NCBI GenBank assembly: GCA_964016885.1
Contig: OZ024743.1
Coordinates: forward strand, 328,848,001-328,912,000
Reading direction: 5' to 3'
Source: Eledone cirrhosa
Taxonomy: Eukaryota
DNA length: 64,000 nucleotides
Below are positions 11,791 to 25,024 of this stretch, in pieces. The position numbers and the translations under genes are program-made. The first letter of the stretch is position 1. Each line of letters opens with the position of its first letter. The notes under the pieces were generated by a model. It saw nothing but the letters and a program-made list of their open reading frames with translations. It was not told the DNA's origin and did no database searches.

Positions 11791-12734
11791 TTAGTTGTGC
11801 AACTTCGCTCGTGTTGGTGATGTGGGTTGCATTGCCTCGATGTAGTTCGGCATGCTATCTATTGACATCCTACCAGACTTATCTGTGGGTAGACACACTA
11901 CCTCACCATCCCTTGTGCGCTGCTTGAGGCTAACCAAGCCTTCTACAGGTTTTCTCCCAAGTTGTTGGGCCTCTGGTCTGCTCTGTCTCATAGTATACCT
12001 GTCTACTACTTGTCTAATCTTATTTCTAGCTATGGTGAACTGTGCCTCCGTCTCGTCATCTATTTGCTGTGGTATGCAAACTCTTTTATTAAAGGGTAAC
12101 CTCGTAGGATAGATATTACCCATCTTATATGTTTTGTCAGCTGGGTTGAAAAATAGTTTCTCTAAGGGGTTGTCGTTATTTCTATCGTCATAGTTGTGTG
12201 TGTTGCTATTATTGTTATCATGGTGGTTGTTGTTGTTTCTATCATTAGCATTATTATTATTGTTATGATTGCTAGATGTATTGTTGTTTACTTCACCGTT
12301 ATTGTTGTTGTTGTTACTGTTATTTCTACCATTGTGGTTGTTACTATTATTATGTTTCTTGTTTTTGTTGATGTTGCTACATGTACTATTTCCATTATTA
12401 CCATTGTGGTTATTGTTGTTGTTGTTCGTATTGTTACCGTTATTACTACTGTGGTCACTGTTGCTGTGTCTGTGGTTAACGTTTCTATTATTATTATTAT
12501 TGTGGTTGTTGTTGTTCCGTCTATCGCTAGTATTATTGCCATTATCACTATTTCTCACTTTCCTGCCATTGTTATGGTTATGGCTGTTATTTCTATACCC
12601 AGAGTTATTGTTTATATTACTACTACCGTTATTATTGTTGTTGTTGTTTACCTTTGCATTCCAACGTATTTTTGTGAAACACTTTTCCAGCTCCGTTTTG
12701 TATTCCATAGGGTTAATCTTTTTGTAGATGGCAA
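11791..12734 (-). pseudogene. N-terminal part of the PLE ORF with Asn-rich microsatellite expansion; joined to the RT ORF by a 1-nt frameshift near 11825
   Basis: FAIYKK...ELEKCFTKIRW, then an N-rich tract, then PTDKSGR (DKG-like motif). The alternative frame HITNTSEV...ILNAHMMMW runs into the 663-aa ORF. Confidence 0.75.
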
Positions 12735-13032
12735 AATAAAAAATGGCGTAGACATACAACACAACAGGAGGAACAATGAATATAACACCACTGACGATGT
12801 TGCAGATGTGCAACGAAAGATTTATGTAAATTATGTAAACTATATATATGTGTTTGTGTCTATATTGTATCTGTATTATTTTTGACCGCCGGTCAGTCAA
12901 TGGCAACATTGAGGACCGAGTAAGTTAGATCGCAGATATAAAAGACAGCGAGAAGCGAAAACCAACCAAACAGTGAGTGTGTTCTGTTATTAATTCTGGC
13001 AATATTACGCAAATATGACCCTCTCCAAATAT

Positions 13033-13419
<387 letters not shown>

Positions 13420-13478
13420 CACATATACATACACACACATACATATATGTGTGCGCGAGTGTGTATCTGTATCGTATC

Positions 13479-13518
<40 letters not shown>

Positions 13519-13749
13519 CGTTTCTGAATTTGTTTAGCAAGATTCTTTATCTGAAATCGTGTGTTGAAACCGATATTGTGTGACGAAAGAACTATGACTA
13601 TCTATAAACAACTATCTGGTTATGGAACCAACCAACCAACCAGAAATTTATAAATTTATAAATTTATAAATTTATAAATATATAATAAATTGAAGTGAAA
13701 GCAACTGGTGCGTGTGTTTCTTATTGGCAACATGACCCTCCCAAAGTAT

Positions 13750-13804
<55 letters not shown>

Positions 13805-13892
13805 GGAAAAATTTGAACAGGGACAAAGCAGAGAGGCAGTACAACAAATGTTTATTAATTTCACGCTCTGGAGAGTGGGGTGTTGGTGGGGG

Positions 13893-13924
13893 ACGACGTT
13901 TCGGGCATAAGCCCTTCCTCAGGT
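13893..13924 (-). ncRNA. Minimal hammerhead in repeat 13802-13998
   Basis: Reverse complement: AC-CTGAGGA-A-GGGC-TTAT-GCCC-GAAA-CG-TC-GT. Confidence 0.7.
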
Positions 13925-14013
13925 GGGAAGTGTGTGGGAACAGAGTTCAAAGGGTGTGTAGGGGAGTGGTGGAGAGACATATAGCGAAAGGAAACGGTAT
14001 ATATATATATATA

Positions 14014-14135
14014 GTGAAGGCGTGTGGCTGAGTGGTTAGAGAATTGGATTCACAATCTTGAGGTTGTGAGTTCGATTCCTGGACCGGGCGATGCGTTATG
14101 TCCTTGAGCAAGACACTTTATTTCACGTTGCTCCT
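14014..14135 (+). mobile_element. tRNA-derived SINE (family 2), truncated
   Basis: A-box TGGCTGAGTGG, B-box GAGTTCGATTCC, conserved central motif TGTCCTTGAGCAAGACACTT. Confidence 0.8.
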
Positions 14136-14233
14136 TCTACCTGGAGTTGCGACCGATAGATAGTACTAGCAACTGGAAAGACCGACGAAAACATTGTTTC
14201 CTCGGTCCGATTTGACGAAAGTCGATCGATCCT

Positions 14234-14314
<81 letters not shown>

Positions 14315-14400
14315 AAAAATTGAACGGGAACAAAACAGAGAGGCAGTACGAACAAAGGTTTATTAGTTTCACGCTCTTGAGAGTGGGGTGGTGGTGGGGA

Positions 14401-14432
14401 ACGACGTTTCGGGCATAAGCCCTTCGTCAGGT
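14401..14432 (-). ncRNA. Minimal hammerhead in repeat 14311-14600
   Basis: Reverse complement: AC-CTGACGA-A-GGGC-TTAT-GCCC-GAAA-CG-TC-GT. Confidence 0.75.
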
Positions 14433-14604
14433 GAAAAGTGTGTGGGAAGAGAGTTCCAAGGGTGTGTAGGGGAGTGGTGGAGAGACATATAGAAAAAAGG
14501 GGGTGAGAGGAAACGGTACAAATGGAATTAAATATAAAGGCATGATCAAAATAAAATTAAAAATACACATGGAGGGTGTATGTGTGCATGCAACCCCGTG
14601 CATG

Positions 14605-15100
14605 CAACATCAATACTACTACCACCACCATCATCACTACAAACATCGATACCACCACCACCATCATCACTACAAACATCAATACTACTACCATCACCAC
14701 CATCACTACAAACATCGATACCACCACCATCACTACAAACATCACTACAAACATCAATACTACTACTACCACCACTACCACCACCACCACCACCATCACT
14801 ACAAACATCAATACCACCACCACCACCACCACCATCACTATAAACATCAATACTACTACTACCACCACTACCACCACCACCACCACCACCACCACCATCA
14901 CTACAAACATCGATACCACCACCACCACCACCACCATCACTACAAACATCAATACTACTACTACCACCACTACCACCACCACCACCATCACTACAAACAT
15001 CAATACCACGACTACCACCACCACCACCACCACCACCACCACCATCACTACAAACATCGACACCACCACTAACACCACTACCACCACCACTACCACCACA
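14605..15100. repeat. (CAC/TAC)n compound repeat with CATCACTACAAACATC(A/G)ATAC units
   Basis: Direct reading; produces spurious poly-His/Thr/Val ORFs. Confidence 0.9.
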
Positions 15101-15126
15101 TTAAGCTACATTATCTAGAGACTGAT

Positions 15127-18100
15127 TATATTGGTGAGGTCACTACATTGGTGAGGCTACTATATTGGTGAGGTCACTACATTGGTGAGGCCACTACATT
15201 GGTGAGGCCACTACATGGGTGAGGCCACTACATGGGTGAGGCCACTACATTGGTGAGGTCACTACATGGGTGAGGCTACTATATTGGTGAGACCACTACA
15301 TTGGTGAGGCCACTACATTGGTGAGGTCACTACATTGGTGAGACCACTACATTGGTGAGACCACTACATTGGTGAGGCCACTACATTGGTGAGGCCACTA
15401 CATTGGTGAGGCCACTACATGGGTGAGGCCACTACATTGGTGAGGTCACTACATGGGTGAGGCTACTATATTGGTGAGACCACTACATTGGTGAGGCCAC
15501 TACATTGGTGAGGTCACTACATTGGTGAGACCACTACATTGGTGAGGCCACTACATTGGTGAGGTCACTACATTGGTGAGACCACTACATTGGTGAGGCC
15601 ACTACATTGGTGAGGCCACTACATGGGTGAGGCCACTACATGGGTGAGGCCACTACATTGGTGAGGTCACTACATGGGTGAGGCTACTATATTGGTGAGA
15701 CCACTACATTGGTGAGGCCACTACATTGGTGAGGTCACTACATTGGTGAGACCACTACATTGGTGAGACCACTACATTGGTAAGGCCACTACATTGGTGA
15801 GGCCACTACATTGGTGAGGCCACTACATGGGTGAGGCCACTACATGGTTGAGGCCACTACATTGGTGAGGTCACTACATGGGTGAGGCTACTATATTGGT
15901 GAGACCACTACATTGGTGAGGCCACTACATTGGTGAGGTCACTACATTGGTGAGACCACAACATTGGTGAGACCACTACATTGGTGAGGCCACTACATTG
16001 GTGAGGCCACTACATTGGTGAGGCCACTACATGGGTGAGGCCACTACATTGGTGAGGTCACTACATGGGTGAGGCTACTATATTGGTGAGACCACTACAT
16101 TGGTGAGGCCACTACATTGGTGAGGTCACTACATTGGTGAGACCACTACATTGGTGAGGCCACTACATTGGTGAGGTCACTACATTGGTGAGACCACTAC
16201 ATTGGTGAGGCTACTACATTGGTGAGGTCACTACATTGGTGAGACCACTACGTTGGTGAGGCCACTACATTGGTGAGGCCACTACATGGGTGAGGCCACT
16301 ACATGGGTGAGGCCACTACATTGGTGAGGTCACTACATGGGTGAGGCTACTATATTGGTGAGACCACTACATTGGTGAGGCCACTACATTGGTGAGGTCA
16401 CTACATTGGTGAGACCACTACATTGGTGAGACCACTACATTGGTAAGGCCACTACATTGGTGAGGCCACTACATTGGTGAGGCCACTACATTGGTGAGGC
16501 CACTACATGGGTGAGGCCACTACATTGGTGAGGTCACTACATGGGTGAGGCTACTATATTGGTGAGACCACTACATTGGTGAGGCCACTACATTGGTGAG
16601 GTCACTACATTGGTGAGACCACTACATTGGTGAGACCACTACATTGGTGAGGCCACTACATTGGTGAGGCCACTACATTGGTGAGGCCACTACATGGGTG
16701 AGGCTACTACATTGGTGAGGTCACTACATGGGTGAGGCTACTATATTGGTGAGACCACTACATTGGTGAGGCCACTACATTGGTGAGGTCACTACATTGG
16801 TGAGACCACTACATTGGTGAGGCCACTACATTGGTGAGGTCACTACATTGGTGAGACCACTACATTGGTGAGGCCACTACATTGGTGAGGTCACTACATG
16901 GGTGAGGCTACTATATTGGTGAGACCACTACATTGGTGAGGCCACTACATTGGTGAGGTCACTACATTGGTGAGACCACTACATTGGTGAGGCCACTACA
17001 TTGGTGAGGTCACTACATTGGTGAGACCACTACATTGGTGAGGCCACTACATTGGTGAGGTCACTACATGGGTGAGGCCACTACATTGGTGAGGTCACTA
17101 CATGGGTGAGGCTACTATATTGGTGAGGTCACTACATTGGTGAGGTCACTACATGGGTGAGGCCACTACATTGGTGATGTCACTACATGGGTGAGGCTAC
17201 TATATTGGTGAGACCACTACATTGGTGAGGCCACTACATTGGTGAGGTCACTACATTGGTGAGACCACTACATTGGTGAGGCCACTACATTGGTGAGACC
17301 ACTACATTGGTGAGACCACTACATTGGTGAGGTCACTACATTGGTGAGGCCACTACATTGGTGAGGTCACTACATTGGTGAGACCACTACATTGGTGAGG
17401 CCACTGCATTGGTGAGGTCACTACATGGGTGAGGCCACTACATTGGTGAGGTCACTACATGGGTGAGGCTACTATATTGGTGAGGTCACTACATTGGTGA
17501 GGTCACTACATTGGTGAGACCACTACATTGGTGAGGTCACTACATTGGTGAGGTCACTACATTGGTGAGACCACTACATTGGTGAGGTCACTACATTGGT
17601 GAGGTCACTACATTGGTGAGGTCACTACATTGGTGAGACCACTACATTGGTGAGACCACTATATTGGTGAGGCCACTACATTGGTGAGACCACTACATTG
17701 GTGAGGTCACTACATTGGTGAGGCCACTACATTGTTGAGGTCACTACATTGGTGAGACCACTACATTGGTGAGGTCACTACATTGGTGAGGCCACTACAT
17801 TGGTGAGGTCACTACATTGGTGAGGCCACTACATTGGTGAGACCACTACATTGGTGAGACCACTATATTGGTGAGGCCACTACATTGGTGAGGTCACTAC
17901 ATTGGTGAGACCACTACATTGGTGAGACCACTATATTGGTGAGGCCACTACATTGGTGAGACCACTACATTGGTGAGGTCACTACATTGGTGAGGCCACT
18001 ACATTGGTGAGGTCACTACATTGGTGAGACCACTACATTGGTGAGGCCACTACATTGGTGAGGTCACTACATTGGTGAGACCACTACATTGGTGAGGCCA

Positions 18101-20420
18101 CTACATTGGTGAGGTCACTACATGGGTGAGGCCACTACATTGGTGAGGTCACTACATGGGTGAGGCTACTATATTGGTGAGGTCACTACATTGGTGAGGT
18201 CACTACATGGGTGAGGCCACTACATTGGTGATGTCACTACATGGGTGAGGCTACTATATTGGTGAGACCACTACATTGGTGAGGCCACTACATTGGTGAG
18301 GTCACTACATTGGTGAGACCACTACATTGGTGAGGCCACTACATTGGTGAGGTCACTACATTGGTGAGACCACTACATTGGTGAGGCCACTGCATTGGTG
18401 AGGTCACTACATGGGTGAGGCCACTACATTGGTGAGGTCACTACATGGGTGAGGCTACTATATTGGTGAGGTCACTACATTGGTGAGGTCACTACATTGG
18501 TGAGACCACTACATTGGTGAGGTCACTACATTGGTGAGGTCACTACATTGGTGAGACCACTACATTGGTGAGACCACTACATTGGTGAGGTCACTACATT
18601 GGTGAGGTCACTACATTGGTGAGACCACTACATTGGTGAGGCCACTACATTGGTGAGACCACTACATTGGTGAGACCACTATATTGGTGAGGCCACTACA
18701 TTGGTGAGGTCACTACATTGGTGAGACCACTACATTGGTGAGACCACTATATTGGTGAGGCCACTACATTGGTGAGACCACTACATTGGTGAGGTCACTA
18801 CATTGGTGAGGCCACTACATTGGTGAGGTCACTACATTGGTGAGACCACTACATTGGTGAGGTCACTACATTGGTGAGGCCACTACATTGGTGAGGTCAC
18901 TACATTGGTGAGACCACTACATTGGTGAGACCACTATATTGGTGAGGCCACTACATTGGTGAGGTCACTACATTGGTGAGACCACTACATTGGTGAGACC
19001 ACTATATTGGTGAGGCCACTACATTGGTGAGACCACTACATTGGTGAGGTCACTACATTGGTGAGACCACTACATTGGTGAGACCACTACATTGGTGAGG
19101 TCACTACATTGGTGAGACCACTACATTGGTGAGGTCACTACATTGGTGAGACCACTACATTGGTGAGGTCACTACATTGGTGAGACCACTACATTGGTGA
19201 GGCCACTATATTGGTGAGGCCACTACATTGGTGAGACCACTACATTGGTGAGGTCACTACATTGGTGAGACCACTACATTGGTGAGGCCACTACATTGGT
19301 GAGGCCACTACATTGGTGAGGTCACTACATTGGTGAGACCACTACATTGGTGAGGTCACTACATTGGTGAGACCACTACATTGGTGAGGCCACTATATTG
19401 GTGAGGTCACTACATTGGTGAGGTCACTACATTGGTGAGGCCACTACATTGGTGAGGTCACTACATTGGTGAGACCACTACATTGGTGAGGCCACTATAT
19501 TGGTGAGGCCACTACATTGGTGAGACCACTACATTGGTGAGGTCACTACATTGGTGAGACCACTACATTGGTGAGGCCACTATATTGGTGAGGCCACTAT
19601 ATTGGTGAGACCACTACATTGGTGAGGCTACTACATTGGTGAGGTCACTACATTGGTGAAGCCACTACATTGGTGAGGCCACTACATTGGGGAGGTCACT
19701 ACATTGGTGAGGCCACTACATTGGTGAGGCCACTACATTGGGGAGGTCACTACATTGGTGAGGTCACTACATTGGTGAGACCACTACATTGGTGAGGCCA
19801 CTACATTGGTGAGACCACTACATTGGTGAGGCTACTACATTGGTGAGGTCACTACATTGGTGAGGCCACTACATTGGTGAGGCCACTACATTGGGGAGGC
19901 CACTACATTGGTGAGGTCACTACATTGGTGAGGCCACTACATCGGTGAGGCCACTACATTGGTGAGGCCACTACATCGGTGAGGCCACTACATTGGTGAG
20001 GCCACTACATCGTTGAGGCCACTACATTGGTGAGGCCACTACATTGGTGAGGTCACTACATTGGTGAGGTCACTACATTGGTGAGGTCACTACATTGGTG
20101 AGACCACTACATTGGTGAGGACACTACATTGGTGAGGTCACTACATTGGTGAGGCCACTACATTGGTGAAACCACTACATTTGTGAGGCACTATATTGGT
20201 GAGGCCACTACATTGGTGAGGCCACTACATTGGTGAGGCCACTATATTGGTGAGGCCACTACATTGGTGAGGCCACTATATTGGTGAGGACACTACATTG
20301 GTGAGGTCACTACATTGGTGAGGCCACTACATTGGTGAGGCCACTACATTGGTGAGGCCACTACATGGGTGAGACCACTACATTGGTGAGGTCACTACAT
20401 TGGTGAGGCCACTACATTTG
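15127..20420. repeat. ~5.3-kb minisatellite, 17/18-bp unit ACATTGGTGAGGCCACT (~300 copies)
   Basis: Variants GGCCACT, GGTCACT, GACCACT and GGCTACTAT are interspersed throughout. Confidence 0.98.
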
Positions 20421-20464
20421 TGATCAGACATTGCAATGTTTCAATGTCAACTGTTTTAAACGAA

Positions 20465-20750
20465 CACATCACGTTGTTAGGGAGGGACATTAGGAAAGTG
20501 CTTTGTGGTAGTTGTGACATTACATTATTAGGGAAGGACATTAGGAAAGTGCCTTGTGGTAGTTGTAACATTATATTATTAGGGAGGGTCATTAGGAAAG
20601 TGCCTTGTGGTAGTTGTGACATTACATTATTAGGGAGGGACGTTGGAAAAGTACCTTGCGGTACTTGTGACATCACATTATTAGAGAGGGACGTTAGCAG
20701 AATCATTAGTATTTCTTCCGGCTTTCTCCGTTCTGAGTTCAAACCCTGGC
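20465..20750 (+). repeat. 51-bp tandem repeat (~4.5 copies) ending in a degenerate SINE head
   Basis: TTAGGGA(A/G)GGACATTAGGAAAGTGCCTTGTGGTAGTTGTGACATTACATTA units, followed by ...TTCTGAGTTCAAACCC. Confidence 0.8.
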
Positions 20751-21664
20751 GCTATCATCTTTACTTTTCTTAATTTTGGGGCTGCTTTTGTTGTTGTGGG
20801 ATGAGAGTTTCGCAGATAATTCCTCGAGATGGAGACGAAGAGATTTGTTTCTTGTGTATCAAAAGTTACACCGGGTGCCGCCTTAGAAGAAGCAACATTC
20901 TTGGTTTGTTCCTTTCCTCCTTTTAAACATCTGAACAGGAAACCCTGTTTAGCAGTTGTACCTTCTGCCCTGCATGGTCAGCCGGAGAGCTTACTTCTCA
21001 GGGGTCACAAGTTATAATTCTCTCATAGTATTGTGCTTTTGTAATATCATGATAACTTGTATGTCCATGCTGACCATACCAGACCACAAATCAAGCGAAT
21101 GTTGTTTTGGTTCTGTCCTACTGCTAATAATACTGTAACACGAATGTGACTACAAAAGCATGGGCCTGAATCGTGACCGATGCCCTTGATGCTGATGTCC
21201 TTGTTACAGAGTGACAAATATTGTGATGCTGGTTTATGACCAGAGGTGTCTTGTATCTGTTACATGTTACTGTCACAAATATTGTGATGCTGGTTTATAA
21301 CCAGGTATGTCTCGCTGTATCAAGGATTACACTACTCAGTCGGCATTCACAGTTTTAAAAATGACACATATCGTGACATATCCTTTACTTCTCCCACTGA
21401 AAGTTATTTCATTCTATATGGATGAGAAAGCTATCTCAAAACTGTTCCTTGGTTAGAACATGTTGACTTAGCATCGCTGAATCGTTGAAAAGTTCTCTTC
21501 GAAAGGCTTAGACCACGGCTTCGATATTACTGCGCGGCACATGTCACTTGCTATGGGGTACCTGCAACTTTACATGCAATTCTGTGCGGCCTTTTGAAAG
21601 AGTAAGAAATTTCCAAGAAATTTTAAATTTTTATTATGTTTTTGTCTATTTCTTATTATTTCAA

Positions 21665-21838
21665 TATCGGTAGAGGGTCGGACATGCTTTCCAGCATAGT
21701 TACGTCCCTTTACGATCTCAGTTCAAATCCCGCCGAGGTTAACTTTGCCTTTCATCTTTCGGCGTCGATAAAATAAAGTACCAGTAATGTACTGGGTAAT
21801 TGCTGGCCTTGTGCCAAAAGTAGAAACAATTATTTCAA
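21665..21838 (+). mobile_element. SINE family 1 (slightly 5'-truncated)
   Basis: Body and tail match the family; TSD ATTATTTCAAT. Confidence 0.9.
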
Positions 21839-21878
21839 TTTAAACCATAAGATGAACGTATTTTAAATACTAAAGAGC

Positions 21879-22178
21879 GTAAGGATGAAAGGAAAGCTAA
21901 CTTCGACAGGATTTGAACTCACAACGTAAAGGCACGTAACCATATGCCGTAAAGCATGTTGTCCGACGCTCTATCAACAACTACCCATCCACAATAACAA
22001 TACTACGAATAATAATTGTTTCTACTTTTCGCACAAGGCGAGCAATTATCCCAGTGTACTTTATTTTATCGATCTTGTAAGGATGAAAGGCTGAGTTAAC
22101 CTCGGCGGGATTTGAACTCAGATCATAAAGGGACGTAACTCTATACTGCAAAGCATGGCGTTCGACCCTCTACCGATA
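21879..22178 (-). mobile_element. Two minus-strand SINE family 1 copies (21879-21992 degenerate; 22012-22178)
   Basis: GGATGAAAGG...GGATTTGAACTC occurs twice; tail AATTGTTTCTAC at ~22014. Confidence 0.85.
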
Positions 22179-22494
22179 TTAATCCTTGACAAGCCAAATT
22201 ATTCGTAGGAAAGAACCAAATTTTAGACTGTAAAATATTCGATATAGTAAATAATGAAGTTATTTATTCAAAACATGAGAGTCGTTATTGATTATAAACA
22301 ATAAACATGTTATGTGAATGAGAGGGGGCGGAGGTGAGGGGGTTGATGAAGATACCCCCTAACCCTACATCTAACTTGTTATAACAAGCCTTTCATTTTT
22401 TTTTGCAGATTAAAACTTAAATATTTTTATTTCACAAAGTTACATTCTCACCACTTATACACATACACATATAGCTGTATACACATATGTGTAT

Positions 22495-22539
<45 letters not shown>

Positions 22540-23193
22540 CAATTATATATGCGTATATATATAATTATATATATACGCATATATAATTGTGTGTGTATAT
22601 ATATATATGTGCAATCACATATGTGTATTATATATATATATATAATTATATATATATACTTTCACATGTATATATAAACACACACACATATATATATTTA
22701 TATATATTTATACATACAACACATGTATGAATATATGTATATCAGCCAGAATATATTTAACTGTTTTGTAAAGACGCCATTATCTAACAACATAATACAT
22801 ACCAAATGTTATACATATTTTTTTTACTATAATTTCCGAAAATATATGCAAATTCCTTTCTAGTTTACCGTTCATATTTTATTTTGCATTAAAAAAAATC
22901 TACTATCTGTCTATCTGTCGGTCTGTCTGTGTATCTATCTATCTACCTACGTACCTCCCCCTCCCTATATGTATGTCTATCTATCTATCTTGATAGAGTA
23001 AGACACGCTTCACATCGGCTCCGCTATTCCATCGGGATTTACCCTTACTATAGTAAGTACCAGATAAATTTTTCAGTGCAACACATTTGGAACACCAACC
23101 CTTGTTATTTAGGGAAACATTTTTGCATTTACCCCCTTTTTAGGGGGTAAAATAAATATCTATTTTTTGCCGAAAAATTTCTTTCTTGGCAGC

Positions 23194-25019
23194 ATGGCGG
23201 AAAAGATGGCAGACATGTCTGCCATTAGCTCTGCCACGCCCCCCCCCCCCCCAAGTCTGAAGAACAAAAAATAATTACAACAAAATTAGACAACGAAACA
23301 AACAAGGAAAATGAAAAAACAAATGTTAAGGAAAATGAGCAAACGGAAAACAAACAAACAGAAAATAATACAAATAACAACAGGGCAACTTTCGCCCAGA
23401 AAACAAAACAGTCCATAACATATACACCAATTGACTTAACTGCCGCCAGAGAAAAACTGGCCGAAGCGAAAAAACAAATAGTCTTGGGGGAGAACGGAAT
23501 GTTTTCCATTAACCCCCCCCCCCCCCCCAGAATTCAAGAAAGCGAGAACAGAGAGCACAGTTCTCTTCAGAACTATATTGAACCAAACAAGAAAGCCAGC
23601 ACAGCCCAGCCAAATGGAAATAGAGTTGGTCCTAAAAGACTATATGAAGAATATTCTCTTCATACGAAAGGACCGACTCTATGGCAGCATTTCGGTCTTA
23701 ACAAAAGACAAGGAAACGGCGGAGAAGCTTTCCCTAAGCTCACTCTCATCGACAACATACAGCTTCTATCCCTCCTACATGGGTAGAAGAACACAGAGAG
23801 TAAAAGTAAAAACAATGCTGCCCACAATGGACTACTGGTGGGCTATTGCTGGCTTCATAGACATGGGCGAAGACACAATGCTGTCAATGGGGAAGGCAAC
23901 TGGAGATGCGTTCCTGGGAATGGGCCTCGACATACTAGTCCAAATGAGGCCCGAAAGAATAGCACAAATCCCGGATCGCATCTGGCTGGATGACCTCACC
24001 CCAATAGATATAATTGTAGAGGGGAGAAGACCAGCATGCTATTTATGCACGGAAAGGGGACACGTTAAGGCTAACTGCCCGAAACGTATCCCCCAAAAAG
24101 GACTATTGCCCACACCCACCACAAACAGTACACCAACACCACCCACCTCCAAAAATACACTAATACCACACACAGCAAACAAAATACAGACACCACCAAC
24201 CACAAACACAACACAAACATCACCACCACCAGCACCAAACACAAGCACGACACAAAAATCACCACCACCATCACCAACCACAAGCACGACACAAACATTA
24301 CCACCACCACCACCACCACAAAACCCATTCCAAACAAATAATAAAAAAAACAGTAACAAATCTACCCCTCCCGCAAAAAAAAAACAACCACACAACACGT
24401 CCCTCCCACCTAACGCTGAAGAGTTTCCCCCAACTTCTGAAGAAGGAGGAGAAGCCTTCAGGCAAGTTAAAAGAAAAAAAAGAAAACACACACCCAGCAC
24501 ACCACAAATAACCCACACACAAACACCAACTCCAATCAAAAACACCCCACCCTCAACAAACAAAAATAAATCTGCGCCTCCCCTCTCCGAAACATTGACA
24601 GCATCACAAAAAAAGACGTTGCAATACACATATATAAATAAAGAAAACAAAAAACTGGTTAAATTAATAAACAATAACCCTATGGTGCAGACCGAAGGGC
24701 CAAACTTTATCTCAACAGAGAACTTCACTCATTTAAAAATGATAAAGGTCCCTCTGGACCTTTATCGTTCCTTAAAAGAACAATTTAGACAGGACGTGAG
24801 CCCCCCCCCCCTGTTTAAAACCGTTAAATCGCGTCCTCTTGAAAGATTTCCCCATAACCGCCCCTCTCCCTGACACAACTCCAAATACCCCAACCCACCA
24901 CACACGGGTACCCCACACCACCACAAAACATCCCTCCACCCAACACACCTGATGCCATGGAAATTACACAACCCGGAGAGGTAGGTGCTTTTCTTTCTTC
25001 ACTTTCAACACCAAAATAG
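23194..25019 (+). pseudogene. Copy A ORF1 (zinc-knuckle protein), frameshifted
   Basis: CYLCTERGHVKANC; indels in poly-C runs (~23245, ~23520, ~24805) relative to copy B. Confidence 0.85.
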
Positions 25020-25024
25020 ATCAA

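Noticed and set aside
12735-12909. First ~58 aa of the 372-aa ORF (and ORF 9374-9649) as real protein
   Set aside because: They are the antisense reading of the inverted pLTR, fused by chance to the truncated PLE frame.
14014-14090. tRNA gene
   Set aside because: A/B boxes run into a SINE body; no complete cloverleaf or terminator. The same applies to SINE family 1 heads.
15127-20420. CRISPR-like array (also considered for 34618-35712 and 40487-41868)
   Set aside because: Contiguous tandem units without unique spacers, eukaryotic context, no cas genes.
20780-21140. Possible host exon
   Set aside because: Short ORFs with no recognisable domain and no consistent splice sites.
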